Under the pieces are notes generated by a model. That model saw only the letters and a program-made list of their open reading frames with translations. It made no database searches and was not told the origin of the DNA. Positions 38,470 through 51,475 of a stretch of DNA of 64,000 bases are shown piece after piece. Origin of the DNA: Negaprion brevirostris (Eukaryota). Made by a program: the position numbers and the translations under genes. The stretch is taken from NCBI GenBank assembly GCA_030324005.1, contig JARDVH010000132.1:122498172-122562171 (forward strand). The letters are read 5' to 3'. The stretch's first letter is position 1, and the number at the start of each line of letters is the position of its first letter.

Positions 38470-39160
38470 TTTATATTTGTCCTGGGATGTGGGTGTCCCT
38501 GTCTAGGCCAGCATCTACTGCCCATCCTTAATTGCCCTGAAGAAGGTGACGGTGAACTGCTGCTTTCCATGTGGTACAGTTACATCCATAGTGCTGCTAG
38601 GGAGGAAGTTCAAGGGTTTTGACTCAGTGGTAGTGATGAACAGGCGATGTAGTTCCTAGCCAGGCTGGTGAGTGGCTTGGTGGGGCACTCACAGAAGGTG
38701 GTGTCCCATGTACTTGCTGCCCTTGTCCTCCTGGGCGGCAGTGTTCCTGGGTTTGGAAGGTGTTGTCTTTGAACCTTGGTGAGTTTGTTTAGTGCATCCT
38801 GTAGATGATATACTGTTGGTGTGCATTGAATGTGGAGGAAGTGAATGTTTTTGGATGAGGTGCCAATCAAATGGACTGCTTTGTACTAAATAGTCAGAGA
38901 GTCATGGATTTAGAAGGTGCTGCCAACGATGCCTTGGTGAGCTGCTGCTATGCATTTTGTAGATGGAATACATTGCTGCCACTATGCATTGGTGGCATGT
39001 TTCAGATGGTGGATGTTATGTATCAAGCTTTGTCCTGAATGGTGTTGAGTTTCTTGAGTCCAGTTCAGTCTGTGGTTAATAGTAACTTTCAGGATGTTGA
39101 TGGTGAGAGATTTAGTGCTGGTAATGCCATTGATGAATGTTATAGAAAAATGGTTAGCCA
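38470..39160 (-). mobile_element. L2-like LINE 3' fragment
   Basis: Same terminus as 9062 and 61395. Confidence 0.55.
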
Positions 39161-39171
39161 CCAACTTGATT

Positions 39172-39618
39172 TTCGAGTTTTCTGATGACATCACCATAGT
39201 GGGTCAGGTATCAAACAATGACGAGACAATACAGGAATGAGATAGAGAGTTTGGTGAACTGGTGCGGCAAAATTTCTCCATTAATGTCAACAAAACAAAA
39301 GAGATTGTCATCCAATTCAGGAAGCATAAAAGAGAACATGCCCCTGTCTATATCAATAGGGATGAAGTAGAAAGGATTGGAGCTTCAAGTTTTTAAGTGT
39401 CCAGATCACCAACAACCTGTCCTGGCTCCCCGTGCCGGCACTATAGTTAAGAAAGCTCACCAACGCCTCTACTTTCTCAGAAGTCTAAGGAAACTTGGCA
39501 TGTCAGCTGCGATTCTCACCACTTTTACAGATGCACAATAGAAAGCATTCTCTCTGGTTGTATCACAGCTTGGTATGGCTCCTGCTCTGCCCAAGACCAC
39601 AAAAAAATTACAAAAGAT
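39172..39618 (+). mobile_element. Rex1/Babar LINE reverse transcriptase fragment
   Basis: FSDDITIVGQVSNNDE, NVNKTKEIVIQFRK, VKKAHQRLYFLRSLRKLGMS, YRCTIESILSGCITAWYGSCSAQD. Confidence 0.85.
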
Positions 39619-41506
39619 NNNNNNNNNNNNNNNNNNNNNNNNNNNNNNNNNNNNNNNNNNNNNNNNNNNNNNNNNNNNNNNNNNNNNNNNNNNNNNNNNN
39701 NNNNNNNNNNNNNNNNNNAGGCCATCTTAGATTTTTGTTCAGTGAAGAAATCAAAAGTATGGCAAAAGGGCAAGAAAGTGGATGTGAGGAATATCAGATC
39801 AGCCATGATCCTACTGAATGGCAGCGCAGACTCAAGGGGCCAAACAGCCTACTCCTATTCCTTTTACTTATGGTCTTTTGCTCTCTTTGCCAATTGCAAA
39901 CTGCTCATTGAGCTTTGAAAGAAAATCGCAGGAGCTTATTTCGTTACATTTATTAGTTAGTCGAGAGACGCTGTCAACAAATAAATTGTGCACTAACCTT
40001 CCAATTAAAATGACTAAAATTTACCAGAGATCTACTTTGTGAGAGACGACTTAATTAGCAACAGTATATGTTTAATAGGAAAATCTTTTTTGATACTATG
40101 CAAAATTAATGGGTTCTTCCCTTCAAATGATAAAACAAACCATGAATAAAAGAGTCAGAACAAAGTCACAAAGCATGAGTAAAAGGAGACAAAAAAGTAN
40201 NNNNNNNNNAAAGTACTTAACAATCAAGTTCAACTATATAAATCAAACATAATCATTCTGTTCTAACTAAATGATTTAATCTAAAACGGCATTGAAATAA
40301 TTTTCTTCTTGCTTTTAGTAAATTTCCCCACTCTCACTCACCTATAAGATTGCATTGTACTGGGATCAAACTCTAGGCCTTATCATACTGACCAATTGAA
40401 ATATTCAGTGATGAATATAGTACTCTGGCCTACAGTTTGCAGGAGATACAGGTGGAATCAGTGGGTCAAGATTGGACATCTTGCCTTTGGAGGCCAGTCG
40501 AAAAATTCCGGTGGAAAATAAAAATGTCTTACTGCTAATTTTGATTCCAGAAATATTTTCCCAAAATATTTTCTGTGCAATCTACAAACTTTTCTGCTAA
40601 TGTCAGCGAAGTTCAAGTAGTCTATTTTGCTTCAGATTGGGGAATAAATATTGCCCAGAATACTGGGAAGCCCTGATCTTCCTTGGATGGTGCCGAGATC
40701 TCTTCATCCAAAAGGAGAGGCCTGGCCTAGATTCAATGTCCCTTCTAAACGATAACATCTCTGACAGTGCAGCACTCCCTTAAGTACTGCATTGGGATTG
40801 TCAACATAGATTAGGCACTCAGATCCAGAGCACAGCTTCTGATTGACAGGGGAGTGTGTAACCACTAACAAGCCATTGCTCTATGCTTCAGGCAAAGATG
40901 AATTTACTACCAAGATATTCAAGATTACTCAGTACATTGTTTTCCAATGGGTAGCTTCATACAATACAGCACATTATCTATTTTTAATTAAATTTCCTGC
41001 TATAACACCTTTAAATGGGGATTTATAAGGAATGATGACGGGTGCCATTTGATATAGACAAATGAGAAGTGAAAGCATGGATAAAGATGATTTGTGAAGC
41101 TGTGTTTACAAAGCTGGTACTACAGAAGCTAATTCAAAGCAAGTCACAATACTCTGCATTTATCTGCAGTCACATGAATGAAGTCACAAGTAATCCTCTT
41201 TGTCTTAACATTAAGATTAAAAACACATTATTGTATCCAATTAGTTACTCCTCATAATATCTCCTGTGGCAGAGTGCCCACTCGATTAATCCCAATGGAA
41301 TGATTCTCCACATTAAAGACTCTACATAAATACAAACTGTTGCATTTGTTTTACAATCAAGATCAGTAATGCACGTAATGTTTAATATTCAGGAGGGTGG
41401 TAACTGACTGGTGTCTGACACCAAAGCTTTATTTATCACTCTTTTCCTATGCATATCCCCAACTGTTTTTATTATCCTTCACCACAACGATAGGTGAAAG
41501 TTGGGA

Positions 41507-41796
41507 TTCATAGAATCTCTACAATGCAGGAGGCGGCCATTTGGCTCATCGAGTTTGCACCTACCACAATCCCACCCAGGATCTATTCCCATAACCCCAC
41601 ACATTTACCCTGCTAATCCCCCTGAAATGAGGGTCAATTTAGCATGGCCAATCCACCTATCGGAGGAAACCGGAGCACCCGGAGGAAACCCACGTAGACA
41701 CGGGGAGAACATGCAAACTCCACACAGTCACCCAAGGCCGGAATTGAACCTGGGTCCCTGGCACTGTGGAGCAGCAGTGCTAACTACCGTGCCACC
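41507..41796 (-). mobile_element. HE1-like V-SINE
   Basis: ggaaaccggagcacccggaggaaacccacg...ggaattgaacctgggtccctggc. Confidence 0.88.
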
Positions 41797-42172
41797 TGGG
41801 ATTAGCCAAGTACTCAAAACCTCAGCTAAATATAGGGATCAAGGGGTTAATTGGATCGGTCAGTGAATCCCATAAAGTGCTGTACATGAACTTAAAGTGA
41901 TTATGGGGCATCAGTTATATTTTCCTTTTTTTGCAAATCCTCTGCTTTGTTTTTTTAAAAGCAATATCCAATATAAAAACAGGTCTTTAAAACATAGGAT
42001 TTTCTCAGCATTTCCTATTAATTTTAAACTTTTCTCCCTTTATTCACACAAATTAAAACTCGAACCTCCAAAATAACAATTAGAATAAATTTTGAAAATC
42101 GTTATTAGAAGTTCAGCATCAGTGTTTAAAAAGAATGCTCATTTTGGGAGTGCTGCATTGTCAGAGATGGTG

Positions 42173-42559
42173 GGGGCGATTCTCCCATCCCACTGCAAGG
42201 GGGGGAGCGGGGCCTGATGGGGTGATCAGTGGGGATGGGTCCTGCTGACACACTGCAGTTGGGATCGGAGGAGGAGGGAGGGAGGCCAGCGACCGGGACT
42301 GGCCAGCCTGTCAGGAGGCCAACAGTGCAGGACTACTACACATGCTGTGCCCTCCACCAAGTCAGCTTGGCACATGCACAGTGGCCCATTCAGTGCTATG
42401 CTGCCAGCGGGGAGAAGTCCCACACTCAGCTTTTTAAGAGTGATTCACGCTATTGCATTCAGCAGTGCACAGAGCGTGGGAGATTCACTTTTAAAATCCG
42501 CTGAAAAAAATCAACGCAATTTACTGCAATTTTCACACATATTTTGGGAGAATTACCCC
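42173..42559. mobile_element. MITE with terminal inverted repeats GGGGCGATTCTCCCA...TGGGAGAATTACCCC, inserted in a Deu-SINE
   Basis: Inverted termini visible; flanks join into gtgctgcattgtcagagatg/ctatcttttggacaaaaggttaaactgag. Confidence 0.65.
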
Positions 42560-42879
42560 TGCTATCTTTTGGACAAAAGGTTAAACTGAGATCCCATTTG
42601 ACTTCTCAAGTACGTAAAATTTTCCAATCTCTATGGCACTTTTCACAAGCTTCAGCCAGAGAAGCACTTTCAAACTATATTTACAGTGGCTATATAGCAA
42701 ATTATATATAGCAAAGTCCCACAAAAAAATCAACGAGTTAAATAACCTGATTCAGTGATGCTAGCTGAGGGATAAATGCTACCCAGGATATTTAAAGAGC
42801 ATCACAGGATCTTTTCCATGAAGTAAGAGAGCAGAAGGGGGTCTCAGTACATCATCCTGTTCGAAAGACAGAACCTCTG

Positions 42880-43216
42880 CATAATCAAGGATCTCGCGTG
42901 CCCCGGACATTCTCTCTCCCCACTTCTTCCCTCAGAAAAAAGATACAAGAGTCTGAAAACACATACCAATCGAGTCAACAGCTTCTTCCCATTGCCATCA
43001 GATGTTTGAATGGTTCTATCACACATTAAGCTGATCTTTCTCTTCACTCTATCTGTAACTGCACCACTATATTCTGCATCCTATCCTTTCCTTCTCCCCA
43101 TGTACTCTATGAAGTGTGTTTTGTCCGTAACAGCTCACAAGAAACAATACTTTTCACTGTATCCCAATATATTTGACAATAACAATTCAGAATTGAGTTG
43201 ATTCGATTCAGTTCAA
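42880..43216 (+). mobile_element. 5'-truncated Rex1/Babar LINE (ORF end plus 3' UTR) inside a minus-strand Deu-SINE
   Basis: IIKDLACPGHSLSPLLPSEKRYKSLKTHTNRVNSFFP; ctctg present on both sides (42875-42879, 43217-43221). Confidence 0.75.
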
Positions 43217-44056
43217 CTCTGACATTGCAACACTCAGTGCTGCACTGAAGCCAAGTGGGTCTCGAACACAAAGCAGTGAGAGTGCTAGCGCTAACCCTTG
43301 AAAGACATTTCAGGCTGCCTTGGTTTCCCTTGTATCTGCCTCCTCAAGTTCAATAATTACACTGCAGCTGGTTCTGTTCTGCTAATACTTGTGAACTAAA
43401 TGGCATCACTGCTGATAGTCAGTTAAGAAGAATGCAATTCATAAAGTGGCCCCAAGGCCACAATCATATCAGCCGTGGTCACACTGAATGACAGAACAGG
43501 TTCAAGAGGCTGAATGAATTACCCCTGCTCCCAATTTGTATGTTCTGAATGCATTCAGTATTATGATTATGCCTGCAGGCCCACTTAGCAAATCTGTGGC
43601 AGCTGCGGTTTGTTGCAGTTTCTGCTAATAACTGGAAAATCTTTGTTGTTCCATAATAAACAAAACCGACAAGATGTGGCAGGGTACAGGGAAATGCTAA
43701 CTGCTTTGAAGAAGTCACAAAGCACATGCAGCACACGATCTATTCTTGGAATCTTTAGGAGGAAGAAATGTGGTCAATAAAGTTAAGTGTACACTATATG
43801 CATTTAGTTTGTCCAGTTGGACTATTATGGTAACCGAGAAGAAGCTGCAGCTCCTAGTTTGTTAATAGCATGTACAACTGGACAAGGATAAGGATCAGAA
43901 GAAACTAAATTGGAAAATTGTTTAGAAAGTTCCATATTGGCAACCTGAAAGGCAGTGGTTGCACAAGAGAAGAGACCTGTGGACAATCATTAGGAGTCAC
44001 TAATAAAACGCTGCCAAATAAGTAATGGCGCAATGGTATCCACATGGAACACTTAC

Positions 44057-44276
44057 TGGACAATTCATCAGGTTCAGTCTTCAAACTAGATAGATCTTCC
44101 AGGGAAGTTTCATTTCCTTCAGCACCAACTCCTCTTCCCCTGGGTCCCATCATATTGGAGCGTCTCCTTTCATGAATCTCATCAGAGATCATCTCTAGGT
44201 TCTTCAAGGCAGCTTTGTACTGCCCTTTGGCTGCTGACAGCTTGGCTTGTAGTTCATCTACATTTTTCTTCAGTTG
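44057..44276 (-). CDS. SH3BP5: SH3BP5 exon, QLKKNVDELQAKLSAAKGQYKAALKNLEMISDEIHERRRSNMMGPRGRGVGAEGNETSLEDLSSLKTEPDELS
   Basis: tgttag acceptor, gtaagt donor; phase 0 to 1. Confidence 0.97.
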
Positions 44277-45349
44277 CTAACAAATCAAAAGCAGAGAATT
44301 TAAAATACAGCCACACTTTCCAAACTTGTGTACAATTTGATAAAGGTTTAGTTAATCATAGAATCCCTACAGTGGAGAAGGCTATTCAGCCCATCGAGTC
44401 CACACCGATTCTCTGACAGGATCTTACCCAGGCCCTCTCCCCTGTCAAATCCCTGTAACCCCACCCATTTATGATGGAAAATCCATCTAATCTGTTAAAT
44501 GCATCAAATCCCAATTTGTCAAGAGGTTACAGGGCTAGGCTCATGTTCTGTCAGAAGCTCCCACATCATTGGAGGTAAATGAAAGAAATTTATTCCAAAG
44601 ACTACTTTTTAAAAATCACATAACATAAACAACACAAAAACAGATCATTCAACCCAATTTGGCTTACACTCCTTGCAAACCTTCTCTGGCTCTGATTATC
44701 TCTTCCCACCAGATACTTTATCCCTCTATTCCTTTCTCTCTCATTTTTGCATCGATCCTCTCCTTAAATGTACCACTATTACCTGTTTCAATGTAGCAGC
44801 AGTTTCCACATTCTCATCACCCTACGCTCATGAAGGAATTTGAGAGTTCTAGCATGTCACTGTGGTAACCCAGTTTTCTTTTGTTCTATCCACCTTTGAT
44901 AGAGAAATTGCAGATCCTGCCATTTTACATATAATCTGGAAAAGGACACCGTAAGACTGCCCTGCTTTTCAATCAGCTCACAGCTGATGCTGATCTCAGC
45001 TTCATTTTCACACCTTTACTCTATAATCCTTCAATACCCTTACCAAAGAAAAATCTACTTCAGCCTCAAAAAGGTCAAGCAGACAGCCAGCATGCTTTTT
45101 GGGGAACAGAGTTCCAGAATCTCTCTATCCTTTCTGTGAAGGAATGCTTCCCACAATCAATCCTCAATGGGTTGCATACACTGATGAGTGAACCTGTGTA
45201 ACAAACTCAGCAGCCAGTACAGACCAAAGCATTTAGCGCACTGTAAAATGCACAAAAAAACAAAAGACTTGCAGGATCCGTAACAAAAAAAAACACGAAA
45301 TATCCAAGCTAATTTAAATTGTAAACAAAATTGAATAGAATATCAATTT

Positions 45350-45599
45350 CCAAAAGTGAAAATGTTGGACAATCTCAGCAGCTGTAGCAGCATCTGTAAG
45401 GAGAGAAAAGAGCTGACATTGAGCCCAGGTGACCCTTTGTCATCATCTGGACTTGAAGCATTGGGCTTTGACAAAGGGTCATCTGGACTCGAAACGTCAG
45501 CTCTTTTCTCTCCTTGCCGATGCTGCCAGACCTGCTGAAATTTTCCAGCATTCTCTCTTTTGGTTTCAGATTCCAGCATCCACAGTAATTTGCTTTTAT
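45350..45599. mobile_element. Penelope-like element remnant with inverted duplication (arms 45350-45442 and 45469-45563)
   Basis: Arms of about 90 bp are reverse complements; contains gatgctgccagacctgctga and a hammerhead-like core; PLE assignment is inference. Confidence 0.65.
45463..45503 (+). ncRNA. Minimal type I hammerhead ribozyme motif (U3-A8 variant)
   Basis: GGGCU-UUGACAA-A-GGGUC-AUCUG-GACUC-GAAAC-GUC-AGCUC; stems I and II pair; ACGU palindrome replaces stem III. Confidence 0.65.
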
Positions 45600-46773
45600 C
45601 TACAATATCAATTTATCACGTTATCCCAAGTGCAGATAAACCCGTTCTGCATTTATCATTCTGTGGATGTGAACACTGCTTTAGTAGTTTGTGGGCTGGG
45701 ATTTAAATTTTTATTTAATGAGGAACTGCAAGAGTAAGGATGATATGCTTAAATCTATAACTTCAGGTCAGGCGTTCACAAATACCAACAGCAAACGCAT
45801 TAGAACAGATGAGGGAGATGCAGTAAAATAGGGCGATTTTATTTTTGTCTTTCCATCAATTCCCTTTACTTTGGCTCCGTTCTACAATTTGACTGCTTGC
45901 TCTGATCGAATTCAATTGACTTCCTTTTGACAGAAACATCACACCCAGGCTCGATCTTCACCTACTGTCCACTTCCAAGAGAGATAGTTAGCTACTGACC
46001 TGAAATGAGAACCCTGCAGATCTTAGTGGAGCATGGAGTGGGGTTCAGGAGGAAAACCTAACCTCCCCACAGCCAAAAAAACCCACTCGATTGCAGTGGC
46101 TGGACACTTAAGTGCCCATGACCACTCAGTACTAGCTTCAGCACAAAAACTCTCACTTGCTTTCTCATCATCACAAAGCCTGCCACCAGTGATAAATGAA
46201 CAGTGTGCCAAAATAACTGTTTTTCCATTAGCATTAGGCTGATGCAGTGTTGTCCAATATATTAGTTACTGGTCTCAAGGCTAGTTTGGAATCCAGATGT
46301 AGCTAACTGCATTTCTGATTGGTAAAAACAAACATGGTAATAGGCATCATCATTGGCCATGTGGTTTCAGCATTGATATTTACATGGTCANNNNNNNNNN
46401 NNNNNNNNNNNNNNNNNNNNNNNNNNNNNNNNNNNNNNNNNNNNNNNNNNNNNNNNNNNNNNNNNNNNNNNNNNNNNNNNNNNNNNNNNNCATGGTCAAT
46501 TCATGTGAAATTTTATCTTTTGATGCAATTTCTGCTTAAATTACAGGATGGAAAACAGTGTGTGAGTGTTTTTTGATTGTTGTTATCGCCACTTCCTTGG
46601 TTACTGAATATACATGTGTGAACACCTTTACCTGTACTAGGTTTACGTAAAGCATTCTCAACCAAAATATATCTGTATCATCTATGCTTGTTCAACAATT
46701 CATACTGAATTTTTCCTATGGCCATAGTAATACAAGCAATGGATAGCATAGAGAATGTCAAGAAAATGCTTAC

Positions 46774-46816
46774 CTCTAGCTGCAGGTAATATTTTCCTTT
46801 GAGTTCAAAATAAGGT
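46774..46816 (-). CDS. SH3BP5: SH3BP5 exon, (K)PYFELKGKYYLQLE
   Basis: tgtgtag acceptor, gtaagc donor; 43 nt, phase 2 to 0. Confidence 0.95.
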
Positions 46817-47273
46817 CTACACAAGAGAGAAAGTGCACATATTACAATGAGTTATATGGTTTAATTGCAAATAAACTGTGTATAATGATAAACAGGTGGA
46901 GGGTATTAATTGGGTTGTTACTTGGGGATATGTAAATAAACACTGACTGATACTATGATGTTCCCAAGTCTAGAAGGATATGCCTGTAATGTCTCACACT
47001 GTGAATAAATCTCAACTGAGCAAAGATCAGTTTCAGTTTTATCCTTCACCGACTAGCTATCAGGAGTTATACCACAAGGCGATGGTGCATGGTTGAAACC
47101 AAAGATAAAATTAGCAGGCTGTGCTACTAATTTTTCTTCTCAATATGGCAAGAGATACAAAAGAACGAACTTTTGTTGATATAGCACCTATCACAACCTC
47201 AGGATAGCCTGGAGTGGGTTTGAAGGGAAGGGTGCAGAGTGCAGGATGCAGGGTTTGGGTGGAGATCACTCAC

Positions 47274-47404
47274 TTGCTTTTATTAATGGCTCTTTTCAGT
47301 TTTTTCTCCAACTGCTTCATCCTGCTCATCGCTGCGTTGTACTTCATCGCTGTGTCTTTGTGTAACAACTCACTTCTCGTCTTGGTCTGCTCTGCTTCCA
47401 TGAC
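47274..47404 (-). CDS. SH3BP5: SH3BP5 exon, VMEAEQTKTRSELLHKDTAMKYNAAMSRMKQLEKKLKRAINKS(K)
   Basis: cccag acceptor, gtgagt donor; coiled-coil SH3BP5 domain. Confidence 0.97.
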
Positions 47405-48837
47405 CTGGGCGGAGAAAGAATCAGAGTTGAGAGCTCTACTCACGAACATGTAGTAGCGGCCTTTTAAAAAATTAACTTACAAAAAAAATACACACACAGC
47501 CAGGGCCACTAATGGTCCATTCATACTTTGTTTAAATTTTGTCTGTGAGAGGAAGGATTTCCAGTTCAAGGGACTCTGACAGAGATCAGAATGGCTGACT
47601 TGGACATCGAAGCCTCAGGAGCCAGCAACCACAGGAATGGAGAGGGGACCTGGAAAGGATCTTCCTTCCCTGTTCCGGAGTCTCAGGATTTTACCTAGAG
47701 GTCTTATTGTGTGATCTGAGGAATGGAGGTGAGGTGAAGGTTCCTAAAGATGGGAAGGAGGGGGAAAGAGATCAGCCTCTCAAACCAAGCAGGTATGAAC
47801 AGAAATGGCCAAAGGCTTCATCAGCAAGATGATCCCTCAAATCTCAGCTGTGATAACCTCTCAATACATTCAAGGACCTCAGAAGGGTGGGAAAAGCAAG
47901 TGGTATAACACTTTTGGATGTTGCATGTTGACCTACCCTGTATTCTCATGCGCAACACTCCTCAAACCAACATACATTGCAGCTCCACTCGGAACACTCC
48001 CCCCAGGCATTCAAAAACCTCAGCTGAACAGCCAGCTCTCACATCTGCCCTTACCTTTGTGACATCCATCACAGGTGCCTCAGTTACCCTTCACAAATAT
48101 TGTTCTTCCCTCCTCTCCACGGAAGCATTTCTCATGTAACTCTGTTTCCTCTCTTTAGACAAGTAGGCAAAGAACTGCAGGGACAGGCAAGAACTGGGAT
48201 GTGGAGGGGAGTGCAATGGTGGTTCCAATGATAGCCAACCAGAAGGTCACTGGCAAATGGTACCCACCTGCACCTCAGGTAAGGATATTTGCTCCTGGAA
48301 GTTGCAAATGTCACCAATTACTTGCCCTGAAAATCTGAGCCTCATGAAGCAGATATTCACACACTAGAAAAGCAGATCCTCTACCTACGGATTCTGCATT
48401 GGGGTAGATTGGATTTTGAAAACACATAACACATATGGAGCACCAGCCGTCACTTCCTCCTTTTAACTGGCCTATATTTTCAAGTCATACATATCCACAA
48501 TTATGGTCAATGTTAACAGATATGATAAGGAAATTGACCAATTAGGAAGCTCCAACAATAACAGATATCATTTGTGATTGCACAGGTCAAGAGGAGGTCA
48601 TTGCCCCAATAGAACGTGGCTGAATTTATGGAGAAACAAATTCATCTGTCATTCTTCACTGTGTGGACTGCCATTCAAACACTTCGCAAAAGCATCAGAT
48701 TGAATCAGAATTCAACAGCAATAATGAAAAATAACCAAAATGAGTCACTTAAACGATGTGCAATTGGCATCTGTTTTTCCATTCCACATTGGCAGGAAAT
48801 AATATAGAATTATCTCAGGTACAGGCGCAACAATGAA

Positions 48838-49118
48838 ATGGGTGACATGGTGGTTAGCACTGCTGCCTCACGGCGTCAGGGACCCGAGTTCAATACACGG
48901 CTTGGGCCACTGCCTGTGCAGAGTCTGCACATTCTCCCCATGTCTACGTGGGTTTCCTCCCACAGTCTGAAAGATGTGCTGGTTAGGTGCACTACCCATG
49001 CTAAATTCTCTCTCATTGTACCCAAACTGACACCAGAGTATGGCGACTGGGGGATTTTCACAGTAACTTCATTGCATTGTTGATGTAAGTCTACTTGTCA
49101 CGCTAAAGAATAAATAAT
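48838..49118 (+). mobile_element. V-SINE with alternative 3' tail
   Basis: HE1-like head; tail ggattttcacagtaacttcattgc...atgtaagtctacttgtcac..aataaataa. Confidence 0.8.
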
Positions 49119-49874
49119 ACTTCTGAACCACAACGTTCAGTTTCAACAGTTTACCCCTTGCCTCTAGGGATGGGATTTTCCAGCCACGCTCACCCNNNNN
49201 NNNNNNNNNNNNNNNNNNNNNNNNNNNNNNNNNNNNNNNNNNNNNNNNNNNNNNNNNNNNNNNNNNNNNNNNNNNNNNNNNNNNNNNNNNNNNNNTCACC
49301 CCCAGACCAGAAAATCCTGCCAGGAGACAGCTGAGCTATTGCAAGGTCCATGCCCCGCCTGCAACAAGTCTTGGTGGGCAGGATGGGACAACTCCTCCCT
49401 AGGAGTCTAATGCCTACAAGTGGCAACTGTAAATCTGAAACAAAGCTAACGGGGTGAAATCCCTCCCAACGGTAACCGTAGTTGGAGTAATTATAATTAC
49501 AAAATGGGGCTTTCCTGTTTTGTCATCACAAGCCCAATAACAAACAAACAAAACACTGCAGTGCCCAGAGGAATATGAGAACATCACTATTTCTTTTTTC
49601 ACAATTAGGAAGGGGTTGTTGTTGCAGGTTTGACACGTCCCTGGCACCGACCACGTGACTCCTCATCCTTGCCTCATAGTGCAAAGATTTCCAGGTAGTT
49701 ACAGTAATAGGTTGGGCAAATGCAAATTCCAGATTAATCAGTCTGCAAGGAGGAAAAACGCAACTTCCTGTTGACAGCTGCAGTCAGTGAGAGGTTTTAG
49801 CTTCGACTGCAGTGATCGCAGTCCTAAATGAGGAAGTGTCGTGATATGGCAGAGAAAGGAACCTAGCAAAAGGA

Positions 49875-50990
49875 GTTTGTTCTCCTCAGCACAGAGGAAG
49901 CTGTGGGGAAATTTAACAGGCATGTTCAAATTTATTAAGTGTATTGATAGAATAAATAAGGAAAAATTGTTTCCAAAGGCGGAGAAGTCATTATAGTCAG
50001 AGAACAATAATTTAAGACAATCAGGAGGGAAGTTTTTTTTAGAAAACACAGCAAATTGCTACCATCTGGAATACATTAATTGAAAGGTTGCTGGAGGCAG
50101 ATTCAACTGTAATTTCAAAAGGGAATTGGGAAAATACTGGAAAACAAAAGATTTGCCGGGCTACAAGGAAGGAGCAGAGGAACCCATTGGATAACTTTTG
50201 TAAAGAGTAGATACAGACATGATAGAACGAGGCCATTTGGCCTATGCTGTAAGATTCTACAATGATTGAATTTGGGCAGCAGTCTTGGGGTTAGACAGTG
50301 ATCAGGTGGTCTGGCTCTGATTTTACCATCTGTAATGCCAACATAATGGTGTCTAAGCAGAAGTTGCTTCTGCAATGAATAGAGCAATAATTCTAGACTC
50401 AACTGAGGAAGTGTTATATTTCACAAACCACTGATGTTGGCAAGCAGCATCTTTATCAAGAAGCACTTCAAAGGGAAATTTACAGCACCAAAACAGTGTG
50501 TTATTCAACTCCTTTGTCCATAGCCCTGTAGGTCACTGCACCTCAAGTGTAACACCAAATGTTTTGTTAAATATGATGAGGGTTGCTGCCACCACCAGCA
50601 TTCCAGGCAGAGACTTCCACAGTCTCAGTCTCATCACCCTTAGGGTGAAACAATTACAGCACAACTTTTCACTAATCTATCACCAATTATTTTAAACCTA
50701 CATATCCCCTGGCTTTTAAACTCTCTGCTAATAGAAATAGATCCTTCTTATCCAGTTTATCAAGGTCGCTCAATTTTATATGTCTCAATTAAATCTTCTG
50801 TCAACTACTTCTTTTACAAAAGTAAACACCTCAATCCATCCACAACCTTTTCTTATGTCTATAATTCTCTATGACTGTATAGTAACATCCTCATAAATCT
50901 CCCAGTACAACTGTATCCTCTTGTAAGGCAGTGACCTCAACTGTACACATGTTCAAGCTGCCATCTCACTAGTGTTGTACACAGTTCTAG
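49875..50990. mobile_element. Old CR1 3' fragments (+ 49875-50260, - 50500-50990)
   Basis: Degenerate matches to the CR1 3' regions elsewhere in the window. Confidence 0.5.
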
Positions 50991-51475
50991 CCTAAGTTTA
51001 AGGGGAATGTTTTAGAGTTCAGTTTTGTTCTACAGGCAGTCGCTGTGTCTGGAAAACAGGTAGGTTAGATGCTGGGTAAGGAGGATAATTACTCGTTTAG
51101 CCATGAGGTGTTTATTTAGGAAATAAATAATGAATTCTTGTTTATAGATGAAAAGTCCCCTGAATTTTTTGGTTTAAAAGGAATGGAAGGTGGGTTTAGG
51201 TATATAGGACAAAAGATCCCTAATTTGTCAGTAGGATTACTCCTGGAGCAAAGCATCCGATCCTGTTTCATAACATACCTTGGGAAATCAGATTCAGCAT
51301 CCTACAGAAGGAAATGTGGGAGAGAAAACCAAATGAACATTCCAAGGAAGACCAAGATTTTCTTTGCACCCTAGTCTCAGTGAGTCCAAAATCTCAGAAA
51401 AGCATCCGACAGACAGGCTCCAAGGAGACTGGTTGAGGATATAAACCTGTGGGATCGGATTAGGGTTCAACATAC

